Below are positions 9,896-18,369 of a DNA stretch of 64,000 nucleotides, in pieces (within the stretch, counting starts at the first letter, position 1; every line of letters begins with the position of its first letter). The stretch is from Phenylobacterium sp. (GTDB lineage Bacteria > Pseudomonadota > Alphaproteobacteria > Caulobacterales > Caulobacteraceae), in NCBI RefSeq assembly GCF_036563385.1, contig NZ_DATCML010000015.1:203616-267615 (forward strand), read 5' to 3'. The notes beneath the pieces were generated by a model. The model was not told the origin of the DNA, ran no database searches, and saw only the letters and a program-made list of their open reading frames with translations. The position numbers and the translations under genes were made by a program.

Positions 9896-11044
9896 TCAGC
9901 CGGCGGTGTTCTGGAAGGTGATCCGGACGGTGACGCCCGGCGCAGTTTCGATGGTCAGGACCCCGCCGATCTGGGTCACCAGGGAGCGGACGAGCCCGTA
10001 GCCGAGGGAGCCCTCGCGCAGCTGGCCCATCCCGACCCCGTCGTCCCGCACCAGAAGCTCCACCTGCCCGGCGCCCGTCCGCTGCGCCTGCGCAAGCACG
10101 AGGCCGGCCCGGCCGTCGGGGAAGGCGTACTTCAAGGCGTTCGTGATCAGCTCGGTCAGGATGATGCCGACCGGGAAGGCGGTGTCGGCGTCGAGCAGTA
10201 TCCCCGCGTCCGCCTCGGCCCGCACCCGAACGCGCCCGCGATCGGCGATGCCGCCCAAGGCGTCGCACAGCTGCGCCAGATAGGTGGCGAGGTCCACCCG
10301 CTGCCCCGTCTCGGACTTGCTGAGCAGGTCATGCACCTTGGCCATGGCGTGCAGCCGTTCCTGGGCGGCCTCGAATTCCGCGCGCACGGCCGGGTCCGAC
10401 TGCCGCCGCCCTTGGACGGCGAGCAGGCCGGTGGCGACGGTCAGACTGTTCTTGGCCCGGTGGTTCACCTCGGTCATCAGCAGATCCCGCTCGGCGAGCA
10501 GCTCGGTCAGGCGCGCGTTCGCCGCCTCCAGCGCCGCGGTGCGGTCCGCCACGCGCGACTCGAGCTCGCTCGTCAGGATCCGCAGGCCTTCCTCGGCCTC
10601 CCAGCGCCCGGTGATGTCCAGATACGAGAGGAAATGGCTGGTGATGACCCCTTGGCCGTCGTCGACCGGACTCGCGAACAGCATGGCGCGGAACGCCGAG
10701 CCGTCTTTCCGGTACTGGACGATCTCCAAGGTGCAATCCCGGCGTTCGTCCATGGCTTCGGTGTATTGCGCGATCGCCTCGGGGTCTGTGCCGGCCCCGT
10801 TCATGAAATGGGGGTCCTGGCCCAGCAGCTCCTCCAGGGAATAGCCGCTGAGCTCGGTGAACGCCGGGTTGGCGAAGGTGATCGGGTTCCCTGGCAGCGT
10901 CGCGTCGGTGACCAGCATCGGCATGCGGGTCCGGCGGACCGCTTCCACGAAGAGCCCGCCCTGCTGCTCTACCGCGTCGACATAGCGGCCCGCGCGGGTG
11001 CGGTCCGCGGTGTCCGGCATGTCGGTCTGGTACTGGTTATTCAT
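9896..11044 (-). CDS. LOV-like PAS sensor histidine kinase (HisKA_2 type) lacking the photoactive cysteine
   Basis: The N-terminal LOV-type core VTDATLPGNPITFANPAFTELSGYSLEELLGQDPHFMNG...YRKDGSAF aligns with the canonical GRNCRFLQG, but reads GQDPHFMNG. H-box HRAKNSLTVATGLL, N-box ELITNALKYAF and DDGVGM. ATG at 11044. Confidence 0.85.
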   Translation of the reverse strand: MNNQYQTDMPDTADRTRAGRYVDAVEQQGGLFVEAVRRTRMPMLVTDATLPGNPITFANPAFTELSGYSLEELLGQDPHFMNGAGTDPEAIAQYTEAMDERRDCTLEIVQYRKDGSAFRAMLFASPVDDGQGVITSHFLSYLDITGRWEAEEGLRILTSELESRVADRTAALEAANARLTELLAERDLLMTEVNHRAKNSLTVATGLLAVQGRRQSDPAVRAEFEAAQERLHAMAKVHDLLSKSETGQRVDLATYLAQLCDALGGIADRGRVRVRAEADAGILLDADTAFPVGIILTELITNALKYAFPDGRAGLVLAQAQRTGAGQVELLVRDDGVGMGQLREGSLGYGLVRSLVTQIGGVLTIETAPGVTVRITFQNTAG

Positions 11045-11260
11045 GGGCCTTGGTCGTGCCAGGGGCGAGCTCCGCATCAGCGGCGCTCGCTTCCGTGCGG
11101 TGGGAAGTACAGCTTATCCGAACGGCAGGCCGCGCGTCCGGTTTCTTGCGGAGGCGGCCCCGCTTGCGCCGACGTTCGGGAGGTCCGCGCGTCGGCAGTC
11201 GGGCGAAAGTCCGCTATCAGGCTCTGAGCTGGTGCCCGCTGTCGACCCGTTGCGCCCTCT

Positions 11261-11440
11261 TACCTCCCCCGCGAAGCGGCGGGAGGGGGACCGCCCGCCG
11301 ACGCCCGCGCCAGCGGGCGGAAGAGCGGGGGGTGGAGGGGGCGAGCTTCAGACGCCGCGTTCGGGCGGCTGCGGCAGGCGCTGAGCGTGGGCTTGCTCGG
11401 CGGTCCCCCTCCCGCCATCGCTACCGCGATGGGGGAGGTA
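11261..11440. repeat. Pair of inverted REP-like hairpin elements (11261-11295 and 11399-11440) in a 513-bp intergenic region
   Basis: Element 1 is tacctcccccgcgaagcggcgggagggggaccgcc. The reverse complement of element 2 is tacctcccccatcgcggtagcgatggcgggagggggaccgcc. They share the ends tacctccccc and ggcgggagggggaccgcc. Each copy is itself an imperfect hairpin. Confidence 0.6.
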
Positions 11441-11557
11441 GGTCGGCTTCCACCCCGAGCTGACCTTCCGATGGTCGCTGCCGGCGCTGCGGGTGGGAAT
11501 GTCCGCTTACTCACCCGGCGCTCACGTACGCGGGCCCTTGCGGGACTGCCCCGCCCG

Positions 11558-12613
11558 TCAGGCGGCCTGCGCCGCGACCTTGTCAGCCGCGGTCGTCCGG
11601 TTGCGGCCGCCGCGTTTCGAGGCGTAGAGCGCCGCGTCGGCGCGCTCCACGAGGCTCGACATGGCCTCGCCGGCCTTCCGCTCGGCTAGGCCCGCCGAGA
11701 TGGTGATAGCGCCCAGGTCTTCGTTGGTGGAGCGCCGCTTGAGCACGCGCGAGGAGACCTCTTCGCGGATCTCCTCCAGCACGGTCAGCGCGGTCTCGCC
11801 GGCCTCGCCGGGGAAGATCAGGGCGAACTCCTCGCCGCCGTAGCGGGCCGCGACGCGCGGCGCGGCGCCCGCGCGGCCGATCACCGAGGCCACATAGCGG
11901 ATCACCTGGTCGCCGGTCTGGTGGCCCCAGGTGTCGTTGAAGCTCTTGAAGTGGTCGATGTCGAGCACCGCCAGGGTCAGCGTCCGCCCCTCGGCCTCGG
12001 CCTCGGCGCAGGCCTTCTCCAGCGCCTCGTCGAAGGCCTTGCGGTTGGCCAGGTGCGTCAGCCCGTCGGTCATGGCGTCGCGGCGGACCAGCTCCAGGTG
12101 TTCGCGCAAACGGGTCACCTCGGCCGTCGTGTCGGCGAGCTGGGTCTCCAGGGTGCGGTTCTCGCGCTGCACGCGCTGGGTGGCGGTGGTCAGGGTCTCG
12201 ACCATCGTCTTGATGGCCGTGGCGTCCTCGTTCTCGAGCGACTTGGAGGCCGTGGCCAGCTGTTGGCCGTACGCCTCGCTGGTCTCGCGCGCGCTCTCGA
12301 TGGCCCGGGACACGCTGTCCAGCTCCTGGGCCAGGGCGTCGCCGGCCTCCAGGATCTCGCCGTTCAGCTTGGCCTTGGGCAGGTGCTTCTCGGCCAGCTG
12401 CTCGCCGACCGCGTCAGTGAACGCCTCGCCGGCCTCGATCAGCTGGTCGATTTCCACCGCCAGCGGGCTTTCCTTGTCGGCGACGTAGTGCAGCCAGATC
12501 TCGAAGTTGACCGGCGTCGGCCAGACCTTGTGCTGCTCCATGGCCGCGATCGCCTTGCGGGCGAGGGCGTAGGCCGTAGGCGCACGCAACAGGCTCTCGA
12601 CGTCCGTCGACAT
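11558..12613 (-). CDS. Diguanylate cyclase (GGDEF domain) with N-terminal coiled-coil region
   Basis: Active site RYGGEEFALIF, plus LAVLDIDHFKSFNDTWGH. ATG 12613 (MSTDVESLL). There is no RxxD inhibitory site at -9 to -6 from GGEEF (the sequence is AAPR). Confidence 0.9.
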   Translation of the reverse strand: MSTDVESLLRAPTAYALARKAIAAMEQHKVWPTPVNFEIWLHYVADKESPLAVEIDQLIEAGEAFTDAVGEQLAEKHLPKAKLNGEILEAGDALAQELDSVSRAIESARETSEAYGQQLATASKSLENEDATAIKTMVETLTTATQRVQRENRTLETQLADTTAEVTRLREHLELVRRDAMTDGLTHLANRKAFDEALEKACAEAEAEGRTLTLAVLDIDHFKSFNDTWGHQTGDQVIRYVASVIGRAGAAPRVAARYGGEEFALIFPGEAGETALTVLEEIREEVSSRVLKRRSTNEDLGAITISAGLAERKAGEAMSSLVERADAALYASKRGGRNRTTAADKVAAQAA

Positions 12614-12754
12614 GGGGCTCCAGCTTCCGTCAACCGGAACCTTCCCGTGCGTCACACGGCAGGTCCTCTCGTGCGAAGCAGCCTAGCTCCAGGGGCCAAA
12701 CGACCGGTTAAACCGGGTCGTTAAGAGGCCTTAAGCTCGCCTGCCGAAGGCGCC

Positions 12755-14488
12755 TCAGTCTTCGCTGACCGGGGGGAGCGCGGCGCTGCGCAGGAGGAAG
12801 GCCGGCACGTCGGAGCCGAAGCCGACCACCCGATCCTCGCGGTCGCGGTCGCGGTCGCGGCCGCGGTCACGCCGGTCGTCCCGCCGCCGACGCTCGTCCG
12901 GCTCGCGGTGCTCGTCGCGACGCTCGGGTCGAGCGGCCCGCTCGGGCCGGTCGCCGTACGCCGGCCGTTCGCCACGCTCGGGCCGATCGCCGTAGGCGGG
13001 GCGTTCGCTACGAGCGGCGCGCTCGCCACGCTCCTCGCGTTCCGGTCGCTCGCTGCGCGGCGGGCGCTCGTCGCGCGCGCGCCGGGGACGCGCCTCCTGC
13101 GCCTCCGCGGCGGCGGCTTCCACCTGCGGCGCGGGCTCCGCCGCCTTGCGGCTGCGGCTGCGCTTGGGGGGAGGGGCCTCTTCGCCCTCCGGCGCGGCGG
13201 TGGGCTGCAGCGGCTCCATGGCCGCCCGCTCGCCGTGCTCCTTGATGGCGCGTGGTCGGCGATCACGATCTCGGTCACGGTCGCGGCCGGAACGTTCGCC
13301 GCCGCGGCCCTTGCGGTCGCCGCGGCCGGCGCGCGGCTCGTCCTTCAGGCTGCCCCAGTCGAGATCGAGCGCGATCTCCTCGGGGGTCTTGCCGATCAGC
13401 TTGATGACCTTGTCGATGTTCTTGGCGTCGGCCGGGGTGACCAGCATGAACGCCTCGCCCTTGCGCCCGGCGCGGCCGGTCCGGCCGATCCGGTGGACGT
13501 AGTCGTCGGCATGGTGCGGCACGTCGTAGTTGAACACGTGGCCCACCGCCGGGATGTCCAGGCCGCGGGCCGCCACGTCGGAGGCCACCAGCAGCTTCAG
13601 CTCGCCGTTGCGGAAGCTCTCGAGGGTCCGCATCCGGGTCTGCTGGTCGAGGTCGCCGTGGATCGGGGCGGCGTCGAAGCCGTGGGTCTTCAGCGACTTG
13701 GCGACGATGTCCACTTCCGACTTGCGGTTGCAGAAGACGATGCCATTGGTGACGTCGCTGCGCTCGATCAGGGTGCGCAGGGCCGTGCGCTTCGCCTTCG
13801 GGTCCGAGACCGGCATCTTGACCATGTACTGGGTGATGGTCTCGGCCGTGGTCGCCGGCCGCGAGGCCTCAATCCGCACGGGGTCGTGCAGGAACTGCTT
13901 GGTCAGCCGGGTGATCTCGGGCGGCATGGTGGCCGAGAAGAACAGCGTCTGCTTCTTGGCCGGCGTGAGCTTGAAGATGCGCTCGAGGTCCGGGATGAAG
14001 CCCATGTCGAGCATCCGGTCGGCCTCGTCGACCACCATGATCTGGACGCCGGTCATCAGCAGCTTGCCGCGCTCGAAGTGGTCGAGCAGGCGGCCCGGGG
14101 TGGCGATCAGCACGTCCACGCCGCGGTCCAGCTTCTGCTCCTGGTCCGAGAACGAAACGCCGCCGATCAGCAGCGCCCACGAGAGCTTCTGGCCCTTGGC
14201 GTACTTCTCGAAGGAGGCGGCGACCTGGTCGGCCAGTTCGCGCGTCGGCGCGATCACCAGGGCCCGCGGCATGCGCGCCTTGGAGCGGCCCGCCTTCAGG
14301 CGGTCGACCATCGGCAGAGTGAAGGCGGCGGTCTTGCCGGTGCCGGTCTGGGCGATGCCCAGCACGTCGCGGCCCTGCAGCGCGACCGGAATGGCCTCGG
14401 CTTGGATCGGCGTGGCGGTGGTGTAGCCGGTGTCTGCGACGGCTTGGAGCGTCGCGGGCGAGAGGCCCAGTTCTGTGAATTCGGTCAT
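12755..14488 (-). CDS. DEAD-box ATP-dependent RNA helicase with long Arg/Asp/Glu-rich C-terminal tail
   Basis: Q-motif/motif I AQTGTGKTAAF, motif II VVDEADRM, SAT, motif VI HRIGRTGRAG. Start is ATG 14488 (MTEFTELGLSP). The tail carries RDRDRD runs and a duplicated ERPAYGDRPER unit. Confidence 0.92.
   Translation of the reverse strand: MTEFTELGLSPATLQAVADTGYTTATPIQAEAIPVALQGRDVLGIAQTGTGKTAAFTLPMVDRLKAGRSKARMPRALVIAPTRELADQVAASFEKYAKGQKLSWALLIGGVSFSDQEQKLDRGVDVLIATPGRLLDHFERGKLLMTGVQIMVVDEADRMLDMGFIPDLERIFKLTPAKKQTLFFSATMPPEITRLTKQFLHDPVRIEASRPATTAETITQYMVKMPVSDPKAKRTALRTLIERSDVTNGIVFCNRKSEVDIVAKSLKTHGFDAAPIHGDLDQQTRMRTLESFRNGELKLLVASDVAARGLDIPAVGHVFNYDVPHHADDYVHRIGRTGRAGRKGEAFMLVTPADAKNIDKVIKLIGKTPEEIALDLDWGSLKDEPRAGRGDRKGRGGERSGRDRDRDRDRRPRAIKEHGERAAMEPLQPTAAPEGEEAPPPKRSRSRKAAEPAPQVEAAAAEAQEARPRRARDERPPRSERPEREERGERAARSERPAYGDRPERGERPAYGDRPERAARPERRDEHREPDERRRRDDRRDRGRDRDRDREDRVVGFGSDVPAFLLRSAALPPVSED
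12939..13010. repeat. Tandem 36-bp duplication inside the helicase tail coding region
   Basis: cgctcgggccggtcgccgtacgccggccgttcgcca (12939-12974) is followed by cgctcgggccgatcgccgtaggcggggcgttcgcta (12975-13010). Nearby GCGGTC hexamer runs (about 12838-12868) encode RDRDRD. Confidence 0.8.
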
Positions 14489-14860
14489 CTGATACGAGTA
14501 AAGCGGCGGCCCGCCGATCCCTGGACGAGAACTTGGCTGGCGTACCGCGGCGGCGCGAACGGAGATCGACGCGCGCGCGGAAGATACGGGCAGCAACGCC
14601 CAAGTCAACGCACGGGCGGCCCCCGACGTTCACAGATCGTGCCGCCGGGCCCGAAGATCAATGGGGCCGGATCAGGTTTATCTGGATCAGGCCGCGGAAA
14701 ACCTGGCCGTTGGACCGCGCCAGGTCGGCCTGCGCCTGCCGCCGCCCGCGCCACTGGGCGATGCGGACCAGGCCGCGCGTGCTCACCGCCGCCAGCGTTC
14801 CGCTCAGCGTCGGACGCGGTCCGGCGTAGGGCAGGGCGGCGACCGACGCGGGCGGCGCGC

Positions 14861-15313
14861 TCAGAGCGGGCCGGCCTCGTACTTGGTCTCGCTTTTTTTT
14901 TCAGCGTCGCCCTCGGCGTAGGCGGGGGCCGGCTCCCAGTCGGGCTCGGCCGAGCGGCGGCTGCTGTCGGCCTGCGGGGCGCCCGAGCGCAGGGCGTCGG
15001 CGAACGAGCGGGCGGCCTCGCCCAGGGCGTAGGCCAGGGCCCCGCCGGCTGCGCCGGCCTCCACGCGGCCGTCGCCGCGGGCGCGCACATGTTCGGCGGC
15101 GTCATGCAGGAAGCTGCGGGCGCTCGGGCTCTGTCCCGCCTTCTTGGCCCCGCCGAGCGCGCCTACGGCCATGATCGCCTCGGCGATCAGCATCTGGCCG
15201 GTGCGCGAGGCGAGCAGCTCGGCGAAGCGGCCCTTGCGGACAGCCTTGGGCACCTTCACCCCGGCGATCCGCTTCGGCAGCAGGCTCTTCGTCTTGCGCT
15301 TCTTCTTGGCCAT
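14861..15313 (-). CDS. Hypothetical protein (150 aa, Lys-rich N-terminus)
   Basis: ATG 15313 is preceded by GAGGAG. Begins MAKKKRKTKSLLPKR. High GC3. No motif recognised. Confidence 0.55.
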   Translation of the reverse strand: MAKKKRKTKSLLPKRIAGVKVPKAVRKGRFAELLASRTGQMLIAEAIMAVGALGGAKKAGQSPSARSFLHDAAEHVRARGDGRVEAGAAGGALAYALGEAARSFADALRSGAPQADSSRRSAEPDWEPAPAYAEGDAEKKSETKYEAGPL

Positions 15314-15520
15314 CGAGGGCTCCTCGTCCGCCCCACAAACGAACGTCGCCTTGGCCCTGTTCCGGCCGCCGCCCTCCGCCCGCCTGAGCCGGAACATTTA
15401 TGGTGCAAAGTTTTGGCGTCCGGCTGGTCCCGTGAGACCTTGTCGGCGCCGGTCACCCGGCGCGTCCACTGGAGCCGCGTCATCGTCACGTGGACGCATA
15501 AATTCGGGCTCAGGCTGTGA

Positions 15521-15541
15521 TTGATCACGAACGCTGATCAA
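15521..15541. promoter_or_regulatory. Perfect 7-7-7 palindrome TTGATCA-N7-TGATCAA upstream of the MerR-family gene (candidate operator)
   Basis: ttgatcacgaacgctgatcaa is read directly. It lies in the divergent intergenic region, about 90 nt upstream of the MerR GTG. Function is inferred only. Confidence 0.3.
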
Positions 15542-15629
15542 TCCATTGCAGACATTGATTGGACGGCTGACAGGCGGCTCCGCACTCTCCAGCGTGGGGG
15601 AAACAACCACGCTCTAGGAGGAGCGCTCC

Positions 15630-16031
15630 GTGGAAAAGCTGCGTCGCCTTGCTCCGTTCCGCACCTATTCGATCACCCAGCTCTGCCGGGAGTTCGGATG
15701 CACCACCCGGGCCCTTCGGTTCTACGAGGAACAGGGCCTGCTCTACCCGCGCCGCCACCAGATGCAGCGGGTCTATTCCTACAAGGACCGCGCCCGTCTC
15801 CAGCTGATCGTCCGCGGCCGTAAGGTCGGGCTCACGCTGGCCGAGATCCGCGACATCCTCGAGGCCTATGAGGCCGAGGGCGAGGAGGCTCAGAACGCGC
15901 TCGCGCTGCGGATCTTCAAGCAGCGGCTCGCCGCCCTGGAGGCCGAGCGCCAGGAGCTCGACAACGCCATGCAGACCCTCTCCCAGGCCTGCGAGCGCCT
16001 CGGCGGCCCGACCTTGGGCAAGGCCGCCTAG
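15630..16031 (+). CDS. MerR family transcriptional regulator
   Basis: 133 aa. The N-terminal HTH YSITQLCREFGCTTRALRFYEEQGLL is classic MerR. GTG start is preceded by AGGAGG. C-terminal coiled coil. Confidence 0.88.
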   Translation: MEKLRRLAPFRTYSITQLCREFGCTTRALRFYEEQGLLYPRRHQMQRVYSYKDRARLQLIVRGRKVGLTLAEIRDILEAYEAEGEEAQNALALRIFKQRLAALEAERQELDNAMQTLSQACERLGGPTLGKAA

Positions 16032-17005
16032 TCGACGGTCGCCACGAGGCGCGCCTGCGGGAACTGCAGGCGCGCCTCCTGCCAGAACGGCTCCGCCGCC
16101 GGGTTGCTTCGGCCCGGCGAGCGGACCAGCACGAACTGCGTCGTGAGCTCCAGCCCCTCGAGCGGGCGGCGGACCATGTCGGGGTCGGTCTCGCCGCCGG
16201 TGTTGAACCAGCCGAGCGACACCGCCGGCATCCGGAACTGACGCCCGTACCGCTCGACGCCGATCGCGTGCGGCTCCGGCGGCACGACCAGGCGTGCGCC
16301 GGCCCGTCCCAGGGTGGCGCGCAGCGGCCCCAGGATCGGGCTGCCGTGGGTGCCTCCCACCATCGCCACCGTCGCGTCGCGCAACGCCTCGGGCGGGATC
16401 ACCTCATAGGCGGCCAGCGGCGATTCCTTGGGCACCAGCAGCTCCGTGCGCCGCTCGCTCAGCACCATCCGGGGCAGGGTCTCGGGGAACATGACCTCGG
16501 CGAGCGGCTCGGCCTGCCACTGCTCCAGCGGAACCGGCACGCCCAGCATCAGCGCCAGGTCAGCTTCCTCCCGCAGGAGGGCCCGTATCACCTCCCGCTG
16601 CCACAGGGGCGAGACCGTGAGCGGCTTGTCCGGATAGCGCCGGAAGAAGGCCTCCAGCACGGTCTGCCGCTCGCGGATCTCCAGGGTGTAGAGCGCCGCG
16701 CCGAAGACCACGCGCCGCTCGCGCCGGCCCTGCATCTGCGCCACCACATCGGAGAACCGGCCGCTCTCCGCCAGCAGCGCCTGGGCCGGCGCGATCAGCG
16801 CGGCGCCCTGAGCGGTCAGCGACACCCGGCGGGTGCTGCGCTCGAAGAGCGGGAAGCCGAGCCTCGTCTCCACCTGGCGTAACTGGGCCGACAGCGCCGG
16901 CTGGGTCACGTGCAGGCGCTCGGCCGCCCGGCCGAAGTTCAGCTCCTCGGCCAGCACCACGAAGGCGCGCAGCAGGCGCAGCTCGACCGCGTCTCTCCGG
17001 TCCAT
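16028..17005 (-). CDS. LysR family transcriptional regulator
   Basis: 325 aa. The N-terminal wHTH LRAFVVLAEELNFGRAAERLHVTQPALSAQLRQVE is typical LysR. Divergent from a monooxygenase operon. Confidence 0.9.
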   Translation of the reverse strand: MDRRDAVELRLLRAFVVLAEELNFGRAAERLHVTQPALSAQLRQVETRLGFPLFERSTRRVSLTAQGAALIAPAQALLAESGRFSDVVAQMQGRRERRVVFGAALYTLEIRERQTVLEAFFRRYPDKPLTVSPLWQREVIRALLREEADLALMLGVPVPLEQWQAEPLAEVMFPETLPRMVLSERRTELLVPKESPLAAYEVIPPEALRDATVAMVGGTHGSPILGPLRATLGRAGARLVVPPEPHAIGVERYGRQFRMPAVSLGWFNTGGETDPDMVRRPLEGLELTTQFVLVRSPGRSNPAAEPFWQEARLQFPQARLVATVD

Positions 17006-17014
17006 GCCGCATTG

Positions 17015-17029
17015 ATAAGACCCGGCTAT
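17015..17029. promoter_or_regulatory. Candidate LysR-type binding box ATA-N9-TAT (T-N11-A)
   Basis: ATAAGACCCGGCTAT lies in the 116-bp divergent region between the LysR gene and the FAD monooxygenase gene. It fits the generic T-N11-A rule only. Confidence 0.3.
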
Positions 17030-17121
17030 AGATCAACCAAGCCAATTGATTGGACCGGCTCGGGCTCCACGCCCAACCTGCCGTTGAACGGCGGCCCAAA
17101 GCCGCCTCAGCGAGGGCGCCG

Positions 17122-18369
17122 GTGGACGCTTACGACCTCATCATCGTCGGCGGCGGCATCGGCGGCTCGGCCCTGGCGACGGTCATGGCGCAGGCCGGGC
17201 GCTCGGTCCTGCTCCTCGAACAGTCGGAGGTCTACGAGGACCGGGTGCGGGGCGAGTGGATCGCGCCCTGGGGCGTCGCCGAGGTCCGGCGGCTGGGCCT
17301 GTACGACCTTCTGATGGGCGCCGGCGGCCATCACATCACGCGCCACGTCACCTGTGACGAGACCCTTGATCCCGCCGCGGCCGAGGCCTCGGCCCTGCCG
17401 TTGGGCATCTTCAAGGAAGGCGTCCCCGGGCCGCTCTGCCTCGGCCACCCGAGCCACTGCCAGACGCTCTTCGAAGCGGCCGTCGCGGCCGGGGCGGTGG
17501 GGCGGCGCGGGGTGCGCGTCGCCGAGGTGCGGGGCGGGGCCGCCCCGTCCGTGAGTTTCGAGCACGACGGCGTCCTGCGCGAGGCCCGCGCCCGCCTGCT
17601 CGTCGGCGCCGACGGTCGCACCTCGCAGGTGCGCGACGCCGTGGGCATCCCGCTCCACCAGGACACGCCGCACCACTGGTTCGCGGGTTTGCTGGTCGAC
17701 GGCGTGGACGGCTGGAACCCGGAGCTGCAGGCGATCGGCACCGAGGACGAGTTCGGCTTCCTCGCCTTCCCGCAGGGACAGGGGCGGGTGCGCGTCTACG
17801 GCGGATACCCGCTCCACCAAATGCGACGCTTCAAGGGGCCGGACGGGCCCCGCCGGTTCCTCGACGCTTTCGCCCTGAGCTGCAGCCCCAACAACCGCGC
17901 CCTCGTGGCCGGCCGACCGGCGGGCCCGCTGTTCGCCTACGTCAACGCCGACTCCTGGACGGAACGCCCCTACGCCGACGGGGTGGTTCTGGTGGGCGAC
18001 GCTGCGGGCTGGAACGATCCGATCCTCGGCCTGGGGCTCTCCATCACCTACCGCGACGTACGCATCGTCTCAGACATCCTGAAGGCCGAAGCCGAGTGGA
18101 CGGCGCTGGACTTCGAGCCCTACGCGGAGGAGCGGGCGGAGCGCCTGCGCCGACTGCGCTTCGTAGCCAAGATCCAGGCGGCCCTCGACATGGAATTCGG
18201 CGAGGCCGCCAAGGCCCGGCGCCGCAGCCTTTTCGAGCGCTCCGCGCGCGAACCAGGACTGAAGGCGCACGCCTTCGCAGTGATGGCGGGGCCCGAGACC
18301 CTGCCGCCCGAGCTCTTCACTGAACAACACCGCGCCCGCGTGCTGGGCGAGCAGGAGGAAGCGGCATGA
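17122..18369 (+). CDS. FAD-dependent monooxygenase (UbiH/PheA-like flavoprotein hydroxylase family)
   Basis: GxGxxG motif DLIIVGGGIGGSALA, DG motif VGADGRTSQVR, GD motif LVGDAAGWNDPILGLGLS. Start assigned to GTG 17122. The TTG 17050 start in the ORF track is possible. Confidence 0.85.
   Translation: MDAYDLIIVGGGIGGSALATVMAQAGRSVLLLEQSEVYEDRVRGEWIAPWGVAEVRRLGLYDLLMGAGGHHITRHVTCDETLDPAAAEASALPLGIFKEGVPGPLCLGHPSHCQTLFEAAVAAGAVGRRGVRVAEVRGGAAPSVSFEHDGVLREARARLLVGADGRTSQVRDAVGIPLHQDTPHHWFAGLLVDGVDGWNPELQAIGTEDEFGFLAFPQGQGRVRVYGGYPLHQMRRFKGPDGPRRFLDAFALSCSPNNRALVAGRPAGPLFAYVNADSWTERPYADGVVLVGDAAGWNDPILGLGLSITYRDVRIVSDILKAEAEWTALDFEPYAEERAERLRRLRFVAKIQAALDMEFGEAAKARRRSLFERSAREPGLKAHAFAVMAGPETLPPELFTEQHRARVLGEQEEAA

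Noticed and set aside
12838-13010. Regular short repeats (GCGGTC hexamers and a 36-bp duplication) as a possible CRISPR array or minisatellite locus.
   Set aside because: They lie in frame inside the helicase tail and encode RD and ERPAYGDRPER repeats. The units are contiguous, with no spacer/repeat architecture, and no cas genes are present.
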